A stretch of 64,000 bases of DNA from Eledone cirrhosa (GCA_964016885.1 OZ024743.1:299026001-299090000); one strand, 5' to 3'. Shown: positions 28,040 through 42,510, counted from the first letter of the stretch. Made by a program: numbers and translations. Notes: generated by a model from the letters alone, not told the origin.

Positions 28040-29065
28040 AAGATAAAGATAATAATGACAAAAAAAAAAGCAAAGCAAAGTTAGCCAAGAAGGGAGTGAA
28101 GGATGGAAGAAAACGAAGAAATAGAAAAGGAATGAGGGAGAAGAGACGGATATGTGCATTGGTTTTGTGGGTAATTAAAAGCGGTTAGATACAAGAGGGT
28201 ATAAAGTCTAAGTATATGCAGTTTGTCAGTTGATAGTAAGAGGTTAAGGGTTCGATTTGTAGTGCGAAAACTTCTCTTTGAGTATATGGTTACAATAAAT
28301 TGATCTTTCGATTTTATAGTTGAGTAACTTATTCTTCGCACTCAAGATGTGGAACAGCTCAAGGTCGCATAATCGACAGCTTCTCATACCACTCCGATAT
28401 GGGGGCGCGTTCGATAATTTTTACCACTTCAGGGTGTATTGATGGTTACTTTCCCTCAGTTGCCAGGTCTTGTTTGCAAGAGTAGTTACATAACGATGCT
28501 GGGAATGTTTCATTGCGTATATATATTTATATGATTGTTATCGATTCGTATCTATTCGAGATGGTCCAGGTCAATCACCTACATGTTCGTATTTTTCCTT
28601 GTTGTAGCTATACACTATGACCAGATACACCTGGTCAATTTATATATATATCTTACTATGATAAAGGAAGGAGTGCGAGACAGTGTCCTCTTTATATTTT
28701 TTATACCGTTATTAAAACAAGTTGGATTACTTTGAATAAATAATGAATGGTTATTACATAATTTATCTACTAAATTTTGTAACTCTTGATTAAACATAAA
28801 TAATTTTATTCCTTATTTCAAGATTCACTTTTTTTATGTGACAGATATATACATATATATATATATTTTATTTTTCCTGAGTTCAGTTTTTTCGTCGCTA
28901 TGGCAATGCGCCCGACTATCGGTCGCTGTATTTGATTTGCAAAGCAGTCTAAACGTAATGTTATAACTCTGGGGTAATATTCTCCATTGAGTGCTTAGCT
29001 GCACACCGAATATGCATTCGTTAGCTTGGCTGCTGCCAAAAGCTTCGTTGATGCTGTACTAAATT

Positions 29066-29157
<92 letters not shown>

Positions 29158-29644
29158 AAGAGAAACACGAGATTAGGATTTTTTCAACACGCTGTTGCGT
29201 ATGTGTATGTGTGTGCGTGTGTGTATGTGCACACACATACATTTATAACTATAATCGCGTAAACACATATACTTACAAAAATATACACACAAACACACAT
29301 ATACATTTGCACAAACAGACACATACATATACATTCATGATAGTAGCGTGCGATAAATTGGAAATGGGAGGATAAAACGAAGTATAATTTTTTTTATTTA
29401 TTTATCAACAACCCAGTTTAACACTTTAAAAAAAACAACTCATTTGTTGGTACAGGTTTATTCACATTTGTATAAAAATATAATAATATAATGCTTACAG
29501 AACGAAAACACAAACAAATATAATATATACAAAGGAAAGGGAAAGGAAAAAAGAAAAAAACACACAAGCAAGTAATACACACATCTACGACCACATAAAA
29601 CAAAATGCAGGGGAAAGGGGTGGACTGGGAAACCTCTAATAATT

Positions 29645-30075
29645 TTTGAGGCAAGTCAGCACGCTCGCAGCGTTAACTCGAGTGATAGCGAGGTTGAGAT
29701 GCTGTAATAATCAAGTGCCCTCATGAGCATCAGCACTTACCTCTGTTTGGCGAGCCGCCAGTGAAGATAAGAACTTCGCTGACAGTAGCCCGACTCCCCC
29801 AAACGTTTCGAACGTCACAGGCTGGAAAATGAAGTTAGCCGACATATCACGGTATTTTAGGATTTTGTTCCGTTCAGCTGCTGATGCTGTAGCGCTGGCC
29901 CTGACCGCTACATCCAGGATGTGAGAAGAAGCAAAGAGTCAATCGATGTCCCAGATAAAGCACCTGCCTCTCGACCAGGGGCACAGGGTAAGGCCGTCAG
30001 GTATTTTCCCATAAATTCTAGACAACCCAGAAGGTTCTGAAATCGAGTGGATGTTTGCTCGGGCAAAAGCTCTTA
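29645..30075 (-). mobile_element. CRE-like non-LTR retrotransposon C-terminus (restriction-like endonuclease)
   Basis: Minus translation: EPSGLSR..GKIPDGLTLCPWSRGRCFIWD..AAERNKILKY..FQPVTFETFGG..LAITRVNAA. Confidence 0.8.
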
Positions 30076-30269
30076 AGTGGTCATGTATGCATGTGTATGC
30101 GCGCGCGCGCGTGAGTTTATCGGCGTTCTTAAATTAGACACGTGTGTGTGCGTGACACGGTTTTAAAGTTAGAGGCATATAGATGTGCATATCCCCTTCC
30201 TTCCTTTTACACACACATACATTCACACAAACACACACATACATTGTGTGATGGACGAATGGACAGAAG

Positions 30270-30862
30270 TCCCCCAAATTTATATGCATGTGAATGGAGT
30301 TGTGCTAAAGTTCAAGTATCTTGGAACCGTGTTCATGAGTGATGGAATGAAGGAGGCTGAATTAAGTGCAAGAATTACAAAAACTGATGCAGCATTGTAC
30401 CAGCTTCATCTTTCAGTAATCAGAAGAAGGGAGGTAGATATAAAAGCCAAACTCGCTGTCTTCCTGGTATTCCAGCTAACCCCTACCGAGGGTCATGAAT
30501 CTTGGGTAATACCCGAAATAATACAATTGCAAATATAAGCGGCAGAAATAGGGTTCCTTCGATAAAGACCATAGCTCAGAGATAAGAGAGTCACTTCTAA
30601 TAGAGCCGCTACTTCTCCGAATTGAGAGATCATAGCTTCGATACTATGGGCATGTGGTTAGAATGTCTCAGGAAAGAATCGCTGGACAGATTTTGCAGGC
30701 AAAACCAACCGGCAAGAGACCCAGAGGTAGACCCTGGCTGGTCACGCTTTGGGATCCAGCTGGATCAGCAAGAGATGTTTGCTTCTGACAAACTCGCTGG
30801 AAGGAATGTTTGAGAAGGACTCTTCCCCCACAACCCTCTCAGAAATAAGTGGGCGAAGAAGA
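30270..30862 (+). mobile_element. 5'-truncated RTE-clade LINE, same family as 13055
   Basis: FKYLGTVFMSDG..ELSARI; nucleotide similarity to 13090-13690. Confidence 0.8.
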
Positions 30863-30898
30863 TGATATTGTCAATTTATTTTTCAATTTACATATATC

Positions 30899-30930
<32 letters not shown>

Positions 30931-30964
30931 TGTATGTATGTATGTATGTATGTATGTATGTGTG

Positions 30965-31595
30965 TCAGGTCACCAGTTGGTGCTACTGGTAACATGTATC
31001 CCAGTACAACCTGTCCCATGGGCGGGTCGTTGGCGACTAAACTGGCAACCCCACCAATGTTTCTTGGTGAGGAGGGTGACTTTGGACATCCTGCAGGACT
31101 AAAAATAAAACCTGTCAAAGGGCAAAGGAGCTCTTTAGAGTCAATGGCCATCCAAAATCACTGGGAGAGATGACCCCTTAGCCTTTGTCAAGGCAGAATT
31201 CTAGGAGAAGGAAAACTCTGATATAACACCTGCAACCCTGATGGTATCCAATGATGTTGACTTGTTCTTCTTTTTGGTAAATATTATCTTGGTTAAGAGA
31301 GTGGGACTGGCTTTGTGCAGTGCCTTTGCTCACTATAAAAGCTTCACGGCACAGGCATTGCTTTATATCTGGAGATCTCTGATCTCTCTGCACTTGTCGT
31401 CACATGGTACCATGGGCCCAGCACTATGTGTCAATAATTGTCACAGGTGTAGTGTTTGTACCAGAGTTTTCAAGTCGCTGGCTGGACTAAAAAGTCACAC
31501 TCGTTCAGCGCATTGGTAGGGGTTCTCCTACATGGATATAAAGTAGTGGCCGTACTCGAAAACGAGTTGGCAGCCACCATGTATGTATGTATGTA
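30965..31595 (+). mobile_element. Short RTE-derived element (5'UTR-like head plus C2H2 3' end) in (TATG)n
   Basis: Ends with CSVCTRVFKSLAGLKSHTRSAH* and an (atgt)n tail; no RT inside. Confidence 0.55.
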
Positions 31596-32448
31596 TTTAA
31601 GTAACTGCCGTACTAAGAGTGAGAAATGAAATTTCGTTTCATTCTATTCCATTTACATGCATATATATTTGCGTATAATAACAATATGCACACTGCATAT
31701 GATAGCAGAAAATCGCGCGTGGGCGGTCTTTCTGCTAGCATAAATAATTGCTTGTATACTAGCACTATGCCTGTTAATAAACGTTTGTTTACGATAGTAT
31801 AGCAAAGCATACTACTTCATATACAGGAAAAAATCTTTTTTCTTTATTTCCATAACATTATATTTATATAATATAATTGTTCAAATGCATTTAAAAGCAC
31901 TTTCTGTCCCCTGGTTCAAAAGAACTTAATCAACAAAAAAGGGAGATTTTCTACGGTATGCCGCTGAATCTTCAAGATATTTTCTAAAGAATCTAATTTA
32001 CCATATCCATCTCATGGAAAAGATTGATAGTTTGAAGTTTCAGATAGCGTGCAGATGAAACAGAAATAGGATTTTAAGAACCAATTACAACATATGGATA
32101 CAATGAAGGCCTGATTAAGTAAATAAACGTCTGACTAAGTAATATGCACAATAAATGTATTAGATTCATTAAAATAATTAATTTAATGGTACAACATTTA
32201 TATCAATGTATCCCTTTTTACAATATATGTTACATATTTGTAAACACACTATAGGGAAGAAGAATACAGTCTATGGGACAACATATCTCTTACATAGAGA
32301 GTAAATATGTTACCACTGGTATAATTCACAACGCCTTTTGCAAGTTAAGAAATACAGAAGCGCCGCCCCATATAAACGTATATTTTCTTTTGCATTGTAT
32401 CTGTATATCCTTCTATATGCATTTGAGTATTTTCATTCCCTTCTTTAA

Positions 32449-32526
<78 letters not shown>

Positions 32527-32589
32527 AATATACATTTAGAATAAGAAAATGTGAAGTAGTTTCAGATGTTAAAGTCCTTTATTGATAAG

Positions 32590-32664
32590 GCTGTGATACA
32601 TGTTTCAATGACGACAGTGGCCACACAATTCCGTGTACCCAGTGCCATGACCTCATCAGACAGC
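32590..32664 (-). ncRNA. HHR-like motif
   Basis: gcugu CUGAUGA [auggca...ugucgu stem II] GAAA CAUGUAUC acagc. One stem III mismatch. Confidence 0.55.
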
Positions 32665-33434
32665 TTCTTACATAATAACGTTACGTTCTCGAGGCAATCC
32701 AAATTGGAACGACAAGGAACGGACAAATTGGTGCTCCCTTGTGAGCACCAATTCACCTCCACAGCTTTGCGCAGGCGCAAATGTGAGGGAAGTAAACCAT
32801 CTAACTACTACCCCATAACATAACGAAACTAGCATAGGTAAGTATCCCCCCCCCCACCAATCAACCACCTCCATCCAGGTCGGTAAGGTGACATGGTCAT
32901 AGAGTTTTTGTCAGCCACTAAGTTGTGGTTTACTGCTAGTCGCTCTTCCAGTGGCAGCCAACCGAAAACTAGTGGTGAGGTATAAGTTTCAATAGGTTTC
33001 GATACTAACCCTAAATTATGCTTGGACAATAGAATTGACCATCACCCGCGCAGAATATCAACTTAATTCTGGGGTCTATACATTATGGTTTCACAATGAA
33101 AATTAAAATTGGTAATAAGATTGAAAATTAGAAAGTTAAAATCTTGATTGAAGTAAAACAAATATAATAAATAGGAAAATGTGTAAATTATAGTGAGAAA
33201 TTATGAAAAGGGGATGAATTTTGGATATTACAGATATAGGATATCCCTACTACTGTACAGACTTAAAATTATAAACAAACTTTCGACCGGATAAAGAAGC
33301 GGACCAGAAAGCAACGTAAAACCCCTTATTTTCCTGCATCAACTTGCATTTTGCACAGAGACCTAGAACAGAAGCCCTCTCAATTCATCCGATAACGGAC
33401 GGAAAAGGAATTATATATATATGTATATATATAT

Positions 33435-33515
<81 letters not shown>

Positions 33516-33619
33516 TATTGAAGTTTCCATTGAAAATTGAAAAAGTCATAGGAGTGAAGAGTGCTCTATGTAAGTACCAGAGCAAAATGTAATGTATAAT
33601 AAACAATACAATATAATTA

Positions 33620-33689
33620 CCTCATTACCAGAGGTTTCCCGAATAAGACGAATACGAAAAAAACGTCCTCATTCGTTCGTCGGACAAGG
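33620..33689 (-). ncRNA. Degenerate HHR
   Basis: ccuugu CCGACGA a[cgaaugaggacg..cgucuuauucg]g GAAA CC ucu GG UA augagg. U4C change; ~100 nt from (TA)n. Confidence 0.55.
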
Positions 33690-34804
33690 TAATATAAAAC
33701 ATAGTGAAATATTTGGAAAGTCTCCTCAAGAAATGTAAAAAATATATAAATAAAAGTAATACAAGAGATATATAAAAAAATATATAAAAAATATAAGGAA
33801 ATATAGTTAGGTATGTGTATATGTATGTATATACACAAATGTATATACACAAATGTACATATGTGTGTATGTACAAATGCATGTGTATGGTGAAAATGTG
33901 TGCGTAAGTACATATATGAGGGCAAGTATATTTGTGTATATGTGACCACAAATACGGATATAATATGAGTTGAAAAGGAAAATGATAATATAGTTGACAC
34001 GCATCCAGATACAGGTATTAAATACACATACGAGTATGAAAGCACGAGTATAAACACACACACACGCGCGGTCACTTATATGCGGAAGATAAAGAGGGAA
34101 GGGGGTGTAATAGTAAAAAGAAGTGTCATTCTCGATACATGTATACAAATGAAACAATATATGAGAATGAAAAAAATGTTTAAATGAAAGAGAAAGTAAT
34201 CAATTAACACTAGAGAAAAGAAAACAAACATAGGTACGGACGCACATACACATATATCTATAAAAACATATATCTATAAAAAAATATTTATGCACACAAA
34301 TACGTACAGACAAAAGCGCATGCATGCGTACATACATACACACGAGGCACGTATATATATATATCACCCCATGTATATCTAATCACACGTGCGTACGCGT
34401 TTATATATATATATATACACATACACATACACACCCATACATACATATACATATATACACACATACATACACATTCACGTACATTCACCCGCTTACACAC
34501 ACACGTAAAAATAAGAATGTAAAAAACATAGATGTAAAAACATAGATATAAAAACACAGATATAAAAACACACATACACACACATATATATACACGTACG
34601 CACGCGCGCATACCGAGGCGTTCGTATACATATACAGAACGTATACACACATAAGCACACTCAGACACATAGAGACAGAGTATAAAGCAGCCTTATGAAT
34701 AAATGAGTACAAATATAAAATCGGCTGCGAAACAACAGAATATATCTGGAGTGGAAAACGCAAGTGAACTGTAAAATCAGGTAGTGAAAGAAAATGGGGA
34801 AGTA

Positions 34805-34842
<38 letters not shown>

Positions 34843-34855
34843 TTGTGTGTGTGTG

Positions 34856-34902
<47 letters not shown>

Positions 34903-34921
34903 ATACGTATGCGTGCAAATA

Positions 34922-35789
34922 CGCGACGAAATCAATTTCCTTCTTTCTTACATTGGATTCATCTCGAAAGGTCTAATTTCTACTCGCTCATATATTCATC
35001 CAGCTTATACTGATAGAATAACTATGTAGCTTGTATCTCTTCCTATCTACGGTTAGCTTTCCTCTTTGTTGTTTACTTGTCTCACTCGCTTTACGCGTTT
35101 TAATTGTCCTAATAACTTAATTTAGTTATTATTGCACCAACGTGAGGTATATGATTTTTAATGCAATGAAATATCTATGATCATTGGCAAATCACTGATG
35201 AGGGACTCATTTTATAACATGTTATCCATGTGCAACCTGCAGTATTCTTCTCCCCATTTTTTCACATATATTTACCTAAACTGCGATTCTGTTTTTCTCT
35301 CTCTCTCTCTTACTGCTCCCTCGTTCTCTCTGTTTCTCTTACTTTCTTTCGTCCCCTCTGTCATGTCAGTTAACACTTTCTCTCTACTGACCTCTTCCTC
35401 ACACTTCCACTCACTCACTCACTGTTTCTCCCCTTCTCACTTCACCCCGTTCGCGACGAAAACAATTTCCTTCTTTCTTACATTGGATTCATCTCGAAAG
35501 GTCTAATTTCTACTCGCTCTTATATTCACCCAGCTTATACTGATAGAATAACTATGTAGCTTGTATCTCTTCCTATCTACGGTTAGCTTTCCTCTTTGTT
35601 GTTTACTTGTCTCACTCGCTTTACGCGTTTTAATTGTCCTAATAACTTAATTTAGTTATTATTGCACCAACGTGAGGTATATGATTTTTAATGCAATGAA
35701 ATATCTATGATCGTTGGCAAATCACTGATGAGGCACTCATTTTATAACATGTTATCCATGTGCAACCTGCAGTATTCTTCTCCCCATTT

Positions 35790-35795
<6 letters not shown>
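34922..35795 (+). repeat. ~340-bp direct repeat, two copies (period ~530)
   Basis: cgcgacgaaa...ttctccccattttttca at 34922 and 35452. Confidence 0.9.
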
Positions 35796-35856
<61 letters not shown>

Positions 35857-35977
35857 GAGAAAGAGATAAACAATGAGTTATATGGTTAGTTGATTGTTAT
35901 TCAACAGTGTAAATTTTATAACAGGTTTGAAGCATTCTACATATTTTATCTGGAGTATTATTAATATTAACAAATAT

Positions 35978-36751
35978 TAGTTTAATACATTTATTTGCTG
36001 ACAATTGTTTCTTCCAGGGGGATGTCTGATTTTTCGGAGCATAGGGAATGTCTAAACAGGTGATTAAAATCCTAGTCTTCATAACATTAAGGTAGATACA
36101 TAAGTGTTGTTAATGTCCTAGACATCATTTAGAGAACACAATTACCAGGAGCACGGGTGGAACGTGCAAGAGGTACAAGCAAAAGGTACAAGCAAAAACA
36201 GTTACAAGCAAGGAAAAATGTAATATAGGATAGACATAAGATATCATGGCATTGGAGATCAGGTAATGTTATGGGTATATAATGCAACAGTCAATACAAT
36301 CAATAAGGCATGTATGAGGTAAGAGTTATATTACAGATGAAATAAGCATATTTCGTGTAGAATGTAAAAGCATGTTATAAGTGTTAGAAATGTTTAAAAT
36401 GGGGTGATATATACGGTAGGGAGACATGTGGTGATAACTTAGGTATATGTTATGTGAGGTGTAATGCAAAGCACGTGATTGAATTGGGTAGGTAATTTTC
36501 ACTCAAGTGTTTTTATATTGGAGGTCGTATATAGATGTATATGTTGATTGTAACTCACATGTATTAACCATGGAATTCTCTTAGTTTGAGATGTAATACA
36601 TGATGTCTAGGACACTAACCACACTTATGTATCTACCTGAATGTTATGAAGACTAGGATTTTAATCACATGTTTAGACATTCCCTATTCCCCGATGATTA
36701 CAGACATCCCTTTGGAAGAAACAATTCACAGCAAATAAATGTATTAAACTA
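35978..36751. mobile_element. Fold-back element: ~150-bp inverted arms with decayed HHRs
   Basis: 35978-36128 is the reverse complement of 36600-36751. Left arm minus reads ugcu ccgaaaa ... GAAA C AAUU G UC agca. Confidence 0.7.
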
Positions 36752-36770
36752 AGATGTGATTGTTTTAACA

Positions 36771-36824
<54 letters not shown>

Positions 36825-36904
36825 TATATATATGTTCAATTGAATCCAGGAGAAAGGGAGAGCGAGATGTATGTATATGTGTATATTTATATACATATAT
36901 ATAT

Positions 36905-37121
36905 GTATATTGACAGTCGATTGACTTTCGTAAAATAGGACCGAGGAAACAATGTTTGCATTGGTCTTTCCAATTGCTAATACTATATATCGGTCGCAAA
37001 TCCAGGTAGAAGGAGCAACGTGAATTAAAGTGTCTGGCTCAAGGACATAATGCATCACCCGGTCCGGGAATCGAACTCACGACCTCACGATTGCAAATCC
37101 AATTCTCTAACCACTCAGCCA
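36905..37121 (-). mobile_element. SINE of the second (CORE/V-like) family
   Basis: tRNA-like head (tggctgagtggttag...gagttcgattccc on minus) followed by tgtccttgagccagacact. Confidence 0.75.
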
Positions 37122-37546
37122 TATATATATATATATATATATATAAATATACATATATATATATATATACACACATATGCATACATCTCGCTCTCTCTTT
37201 CTCCTTCTTTTTCCCTGTCTCTCCTCCGTTGCCTCTCTAAACATATATATGCCAATAGTCCGGCAGTTAGAGTATGTTTCCATCTTATAAGATCTCTTAA
37301 GCAAAGATAATGGCCAAATATATAGGAGAGGCGGATCTGTGTCTAAACAACATCAATAATAACCTCTCAAATAAGATTTTTTATCAATAGAAAGGTTTAC
37401 TAACATTTACATGATGTATTTGAAACTATTCTGAATAATTCATCCGCTCCGAATTATACGAGGAAGTCTTATTGATACAACAAAGTGCTATATTTTTGTT
37501 GTCTGTCTTGTCTTTTATAGATTTTATTTAGATTCCTCAATACAAA

Positions 37547-38402
37547 GATATAGCGATTATTTAGTTCAATTATTGCTTTTGATTTCGTCGTCGTTCGATG
37601 TGAAAGGTGTCTAGAAATTATATCCTATTTCTCTGACAGAATTTTCATTTCTTAGGCTGCTATTTTTTTTTTGTCGGTGTTTCTTAGTAAATGCTTTGAA
37701 ATACAAACAATAACGGTAATATCATCGAAGTATTCTATTATATCGATACGATTTTGCCAATTGAAAATTGTAGACATCAGTCTAAAGAAGAGTGATTAAA
37801 AATATCTCAATGCAATCATGAAGATTATCTCATCGTGACTGACGCTATTATTATCAGCCCTATGTTTTTCATATTATTTTTTTTCGTTTGGTTTAGATTT
37901 TTATTACTATAACTGCTTCTGGTTTTGTATCTTTATTTCATGACTTTATTATTAGTTTTGTTTTATTTTCTTTCATTTTATTCCTGTATTAATGTTTCAT
38001 TTTTCGAAAACAGGTCATACTTGTCAATTGATGAATATTGAACCAAAGTGTAGTGAAGTCTCGAAAAACGTTGAAAAAGAAAGAAGCCAAACGAAGAAGA
38101 GAAAGAATATCGTAAGGTACAAATATATAAAATTATAAAGGAATTATGTTGAATCATCATACCAGTAGTGTAAAGAGTAGGAAAATGTTCTATTCAATGG
38201 AATTACATTGTACGTTATCTCAACACTTAGTGCCACAAACCTTATTTCTTTTGAATTAAAATGTCTATAAAAATCTTTCAGAAAATGATAACTTGAAAAT
38301 GAATTCCAGAATAGGAGACAAGAAGGCAGATGTCTCCATATTCTAATCGAGTTAGAAAATTACACTTTTCTCAAGATAAAAATTGAGAAAGTAAAAAGGA
38401 CA

Positions 38403-38467
<65 letters not shown>

Positions 38468-38470
38468 TAT
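37547..38470 (+). repeat. ~0.9-kb dispersed duplication, copy 2
   Basis: Matches 15403-16310. Confidence 0.9.
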
Positions 38471-38571
38471 AATTGTTGTATTAAATATATGTGATAAATT
38501 AACATCAATGTTCCACCCTTTACATTTTCTTCTCAATAATTCTCAATATATATATATATATATATATATAT

Positions 38572-38707
38572 AACGAAGGAAATGTGGTAAGGAACCAACT
38601 GGACCATAACGCACCAAAGTACTCAATACTTAGGGTAGTAAAGTGGGTAATAGTCCAGAATTAGCCGTCGAAACGGCTTGAGCTCAGCCGTCGGGGTCCT
38701 ACTCGTT

Positions 38708-38710
<3 letters not shown>
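38572..38710. mobile_element. Short family-E element (half-HHR) between (TA)n
   Basis: Shares gccgtcgaaacggcttgagctcagccgtcgggg and ggaccataacgcac with 39598, 45826, 47114, 48448 and 54509. Confidence 0.7.
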
Positions 38711-38752
<42 letters not shown>

Positions 38753-38755
<3 letters not shown>

Positions 38756-39298
38756 AAATTAAGATAAATCAAATGAATTTAATCGAAATAAAAATTATGG
38801 GTGTCATGCCAGAGAGACATGCGCCATATCACCCGCAAAATAAGCTCTAAGATTCTAACGAGTAGGTCCGAGCATTTCAATTAATTCACCAATTCAACTC
38901 TGTTGAATGGACTCGACTGCTGTCTCTAGTTGTCGATAACCCTATTCACGCCACTGGGACGAAGCTAGTATGATGTGTGTATTTCTAGTAAATATAGCAC
39001 GTGTTACTGGCCAGTCGCTGATTTGAACTTGAAGTGTAAACACGGATCGCTGAAACTTCTTCCTTGTTGAAAATCCAAGTATCCACTTCCGTGGTTTACC
39101 ATCCGATTAATTGGTGAAATATATTTCTTTAATGGAATATATAGAGGGAAGATTAATCATATTATAAGGTATCTATTTTTGAAGTTCTGGTCAACTTTAT
39201 TTAGTTACCTACCTAGACATGTGTGGTTACACACTTGTAAAAATTATCTCCTGTGATTATTCATGTTTATTCATATGTCAATCAATTTCTAGTTATTA
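38753..39298 (+). repeat. Two-module repeat that recurs rearranged at 52023-52420
   Basis: 38753-38877 is the reverse complement of 52293-52418; 39068-39298 matches 52061-52292. Confidence 0.8.
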
Positions 39299-39385
39299 TA
39301 TATATATATACACACACACACACATATGTGTATATATATATATATGAGTCTGTGTTTGATTTTCTTTTTGAAAGTGCGTATTGAG

Positions 39386-39426
<41 letters not shown>

Positions 39427-39484
39427 AATGAGTGCTCAACGGACACGCCGCCTACGGACGCATTTACCTGCAACCCTACAACCA

Positions 39485-39769
<285 letters not shown>

Positions 39770-39770
<1 letters not shown>

Positions 39771-40285
39771 TTGTTTACTTATTTATTGTTTACTTATTTA
39801 TACGTTTATTTACTTGTCACTAGTTGGTTATTCGTTTTATCTGTGTATGTCTGGTTTGTTTTATTCATTTTGTTATTGTGTGTCTCTGTATGTCTTTATC
39901 ATATCCTTAGTTACTAGTTGTGAGGTTGCTGGTATTCCCCTCATCTTTTCTACTTACCTTTGGTTGTAGTTTGTTTATGTTTGTCGTTTCTGTAATCCGT
40001 CGGAACATTACATATGTAATGCGTCTGGATATGATCTTATCTCAATTTTCTGTAGTGTGTCCCCATTTTGGCATGTTGGTGGAGTTCTGATGAGTTTTTA
40101 CCAGTGTTCTTTTAAATCCTCCTCCTATGATTCAGGCCGCCCCACCTATGTAAGTCGTGTTTCTATTCATACATTGTCCCTCCATTCACTTATGCTATAT
40201 ATTACGCTCCTAGTTTTACAGCTAATTTGTGGGCTTAATCTGCAGACTATACATTTTCTATCAGTGCAGAGGTTTTCGTAACGCC
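39770..40285 (-). mobile_element. Decayed PLE 3' end related to family A (GIY-YIG)
   Basis: Minus translation LCTDRKCIVCRLSPQISCKTRSVIYSI...EHW parallels the 26880 ORF. Confidence 0.75.
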
Positions 40286-40459
40286 CACATGATAATATTG
40301 TCTAGCCTATTAAGACATACATTATATAATTATCATATATATATACTACTAATCTGTAAGATTTTAATTACTTTCGAAGCTAGTTACTCTAGATGTTATA
40401 TTTAGTACACCCTCATATATATCAGAGGTGATGAAGAGGTGTGATTTTGATATCATCCT

Positions 40460-41808
40460 TGGGTTCTGTAACTAGGCACTGGAGAAAGGAGCTGCCCCGA
40501 ATCAGTGGAGGATCAGTAACATCGTCACAGTGCCAAAGAAGGGAGATCTCTCTAACACCAACAACTACAGGGGGATCTCACTGACGTCACTTGTGGCAAA
40601 GAGCCTCAGCAGGATGATTCTTAACAGGATCCAGCCCAAGATGGAGAAGAAGCTCAGGGACAACCAGAAAGGCTTCAGAGAGGGAAGATCAACCACCAGA
40701 CACACCCTGATGCTGAGGAGGATATTAGAGGGAGCTAGAGCAAAGTGCCTTCCTGCAGTCATGGTTCTCATTGATTTTAGGAAGGCCTTTGATTCTGTGG
40801 ACCGTCACTGCCTGATGAAGATGTTACAGGCTTATGGAATCCCCAAGAAGATAGTGGACCTGATATCACTGCTCTACACCAACACCAAAGCTCAAGTCAT
40901 TACACCTGAGTTCTTTGAGATACTGGCTGGAGTGCTCCGGGGAGATACATTGACTCCCTATTTTTTTATCATCGCAGTGGACTATTGTATGCGCCTTGCG
41001 CTGGAGAAACACCAGAACTCTGTCTTTACTGTAACACTCGCTCAGATCAGGAGAGTTAAGGCGAAAAAGATATCGGATGCTGAATATGCTGACGACATAG
41101 TTCTGGTGATAAACACCGTGAAGGAGGGAGAGGAGTTGATGAAGTTGGTGGAGACTGTGTCGATGAGTGTGGGGCTGAGAATGAATGAGATTAAGACGAA
41201 GTATCTGGTAGAGAATATTAAAAAGCCAGAGAAGATTACTAATTTAGGTAGGAAGCCGCTAGAATTGGTTGAGGACTTCCTGTATCTGGGTGAAAAGATT
41301 GGGAATACAGAAGATGATGTGGTCGAGAGGAGAACAAAGCCTGTGCGGCGTGCCACAGTTTGAGATCGGTGTGGAAGTCGGACTTTCGTAAGACCTGAAG
41401 ATCCGTCTCTTCATTGCTGTAGTGGAGTCTGTGGTGTTGTACGGGTCTGAAACTTGGACACTGACCAAGAAACTCACTCAGATGGTTGATGGGTGCTACA
41501 CGAGAATGCTGAGGATGGCTCTGAACATTAATCAGTATATACTGAGGATGGAGAAGTCAGAGCTGCACGGGAGCCTCCCAAACGTCAGCTCGAAAGTAGC
41601 ACAGAGGAGACTGAGGTTAGCTGGACATGCTCACCGACATCCAGAGTTGACACTACACTCAGTTCTCCCGTGGGAGCCCCTGCACGGACACACTGGAAGA
41701 GGAAGACGGAAGTTGACATATGTTGATGCCCTAAGGACAGACACGGGTCTCTTGGAGACGCAGGACATGGCAGCGATGATGAGGGACAGAGACCGCTGGA
41801 GAGAACTC
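40460..41808 (+). pseudogene. RTE/RTEX-like LINE reverse transcriptase (frameshifted)
   Basis: PKKGDLS..NYRGISL, NQKGFREGRST, IDFRKAFDSV, GVLRGDTL, EYADD, FLYLG; then VLYGSETW, RLAGH, GRGR. Confidence 0.92.
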
Positions 41809-41809
41809 G

Positions 41810-42105
41810 TTAAGGGTGAAAGCAGCGATTGTTTGCTTAAACTTTAATCTGCTATTTGAATAAATATTTGCTCTACGGTTCTTATATATTTGATATATAT
41901 TTATCCTTATCGAGCCCTCTTTGGATTTTAGTCTTCAAATTTATTATTATTACTATATTGTTATAATGTCATAATAGTTCCTTTGTTCTTTTTCATTAAT
42001 ATTTCTGCTCTGCTTATACGCATAGAGCTTAACTAGCTACCGTCGCATATTTGGTAGTTCAGACGTGATCATCGCGATTCACATACGACTTACCATACAT
42101 CTTGC
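41810..42105 (+). mobile_element. Family-D short element (also 54135-54247 minus and the 58612-58702 hairpin)
   Basis: gttaagggtgaaagcagcgatt shared with 58651; 41850-41957 is the reverse complement of 54138-54246. Confidence 0.65.
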
Positions 42106-42106
42106 T

Positions 42107-42134
<28 letters not shown>

Positions 42135-42138
<4 letters not shown>

Positions 42139-42510
42139 AAAGAATAGAGGTGTAACACACAAGTTATTATATATTGGTAAACGGAATAGAAAATGCTGAC
42201 AAATTGTTCACAGTTGAAAAATGGTTTAATTAGGAATAAAAGAGTATTAGTGATTGTATGGGTTAGTATTCAGTTGTGGTTTTAAGTTTTTAGGTGTTTA
42301 CAGGTTGCGCATTTCTAAATGCTTTTCAAAAATAATTTTGAGATAGAGTGTCCGTGCTGTTTGCTCTGATCAGAGCAAACCGGTAAACACTTAAAAACTT
42401 AAAACCACAACTGAATACTAACCCGTACAATCACTAATACTCTTTTATTCCTAATTAAACCATTTTTCAACTGTGAACAATTTGTCAGCATTTTCTATTC
42501 CGTTTACCAA
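42135..42510. mobile_element. Fold-back mini-copy of the PLE-B terminus
   Basis: Palindrome with apex tgatca (42367-42372). Matches 54636-54872. (TA)n flanks; right arm has lost the HHR-like part. Confidence 0.9.

Noticed and set aside
28380-28440. Minus-strand ctgaagt-hairpin-gaac HHR-like motif
   Set aside because: Two core mismatches and no stem III or stem I.
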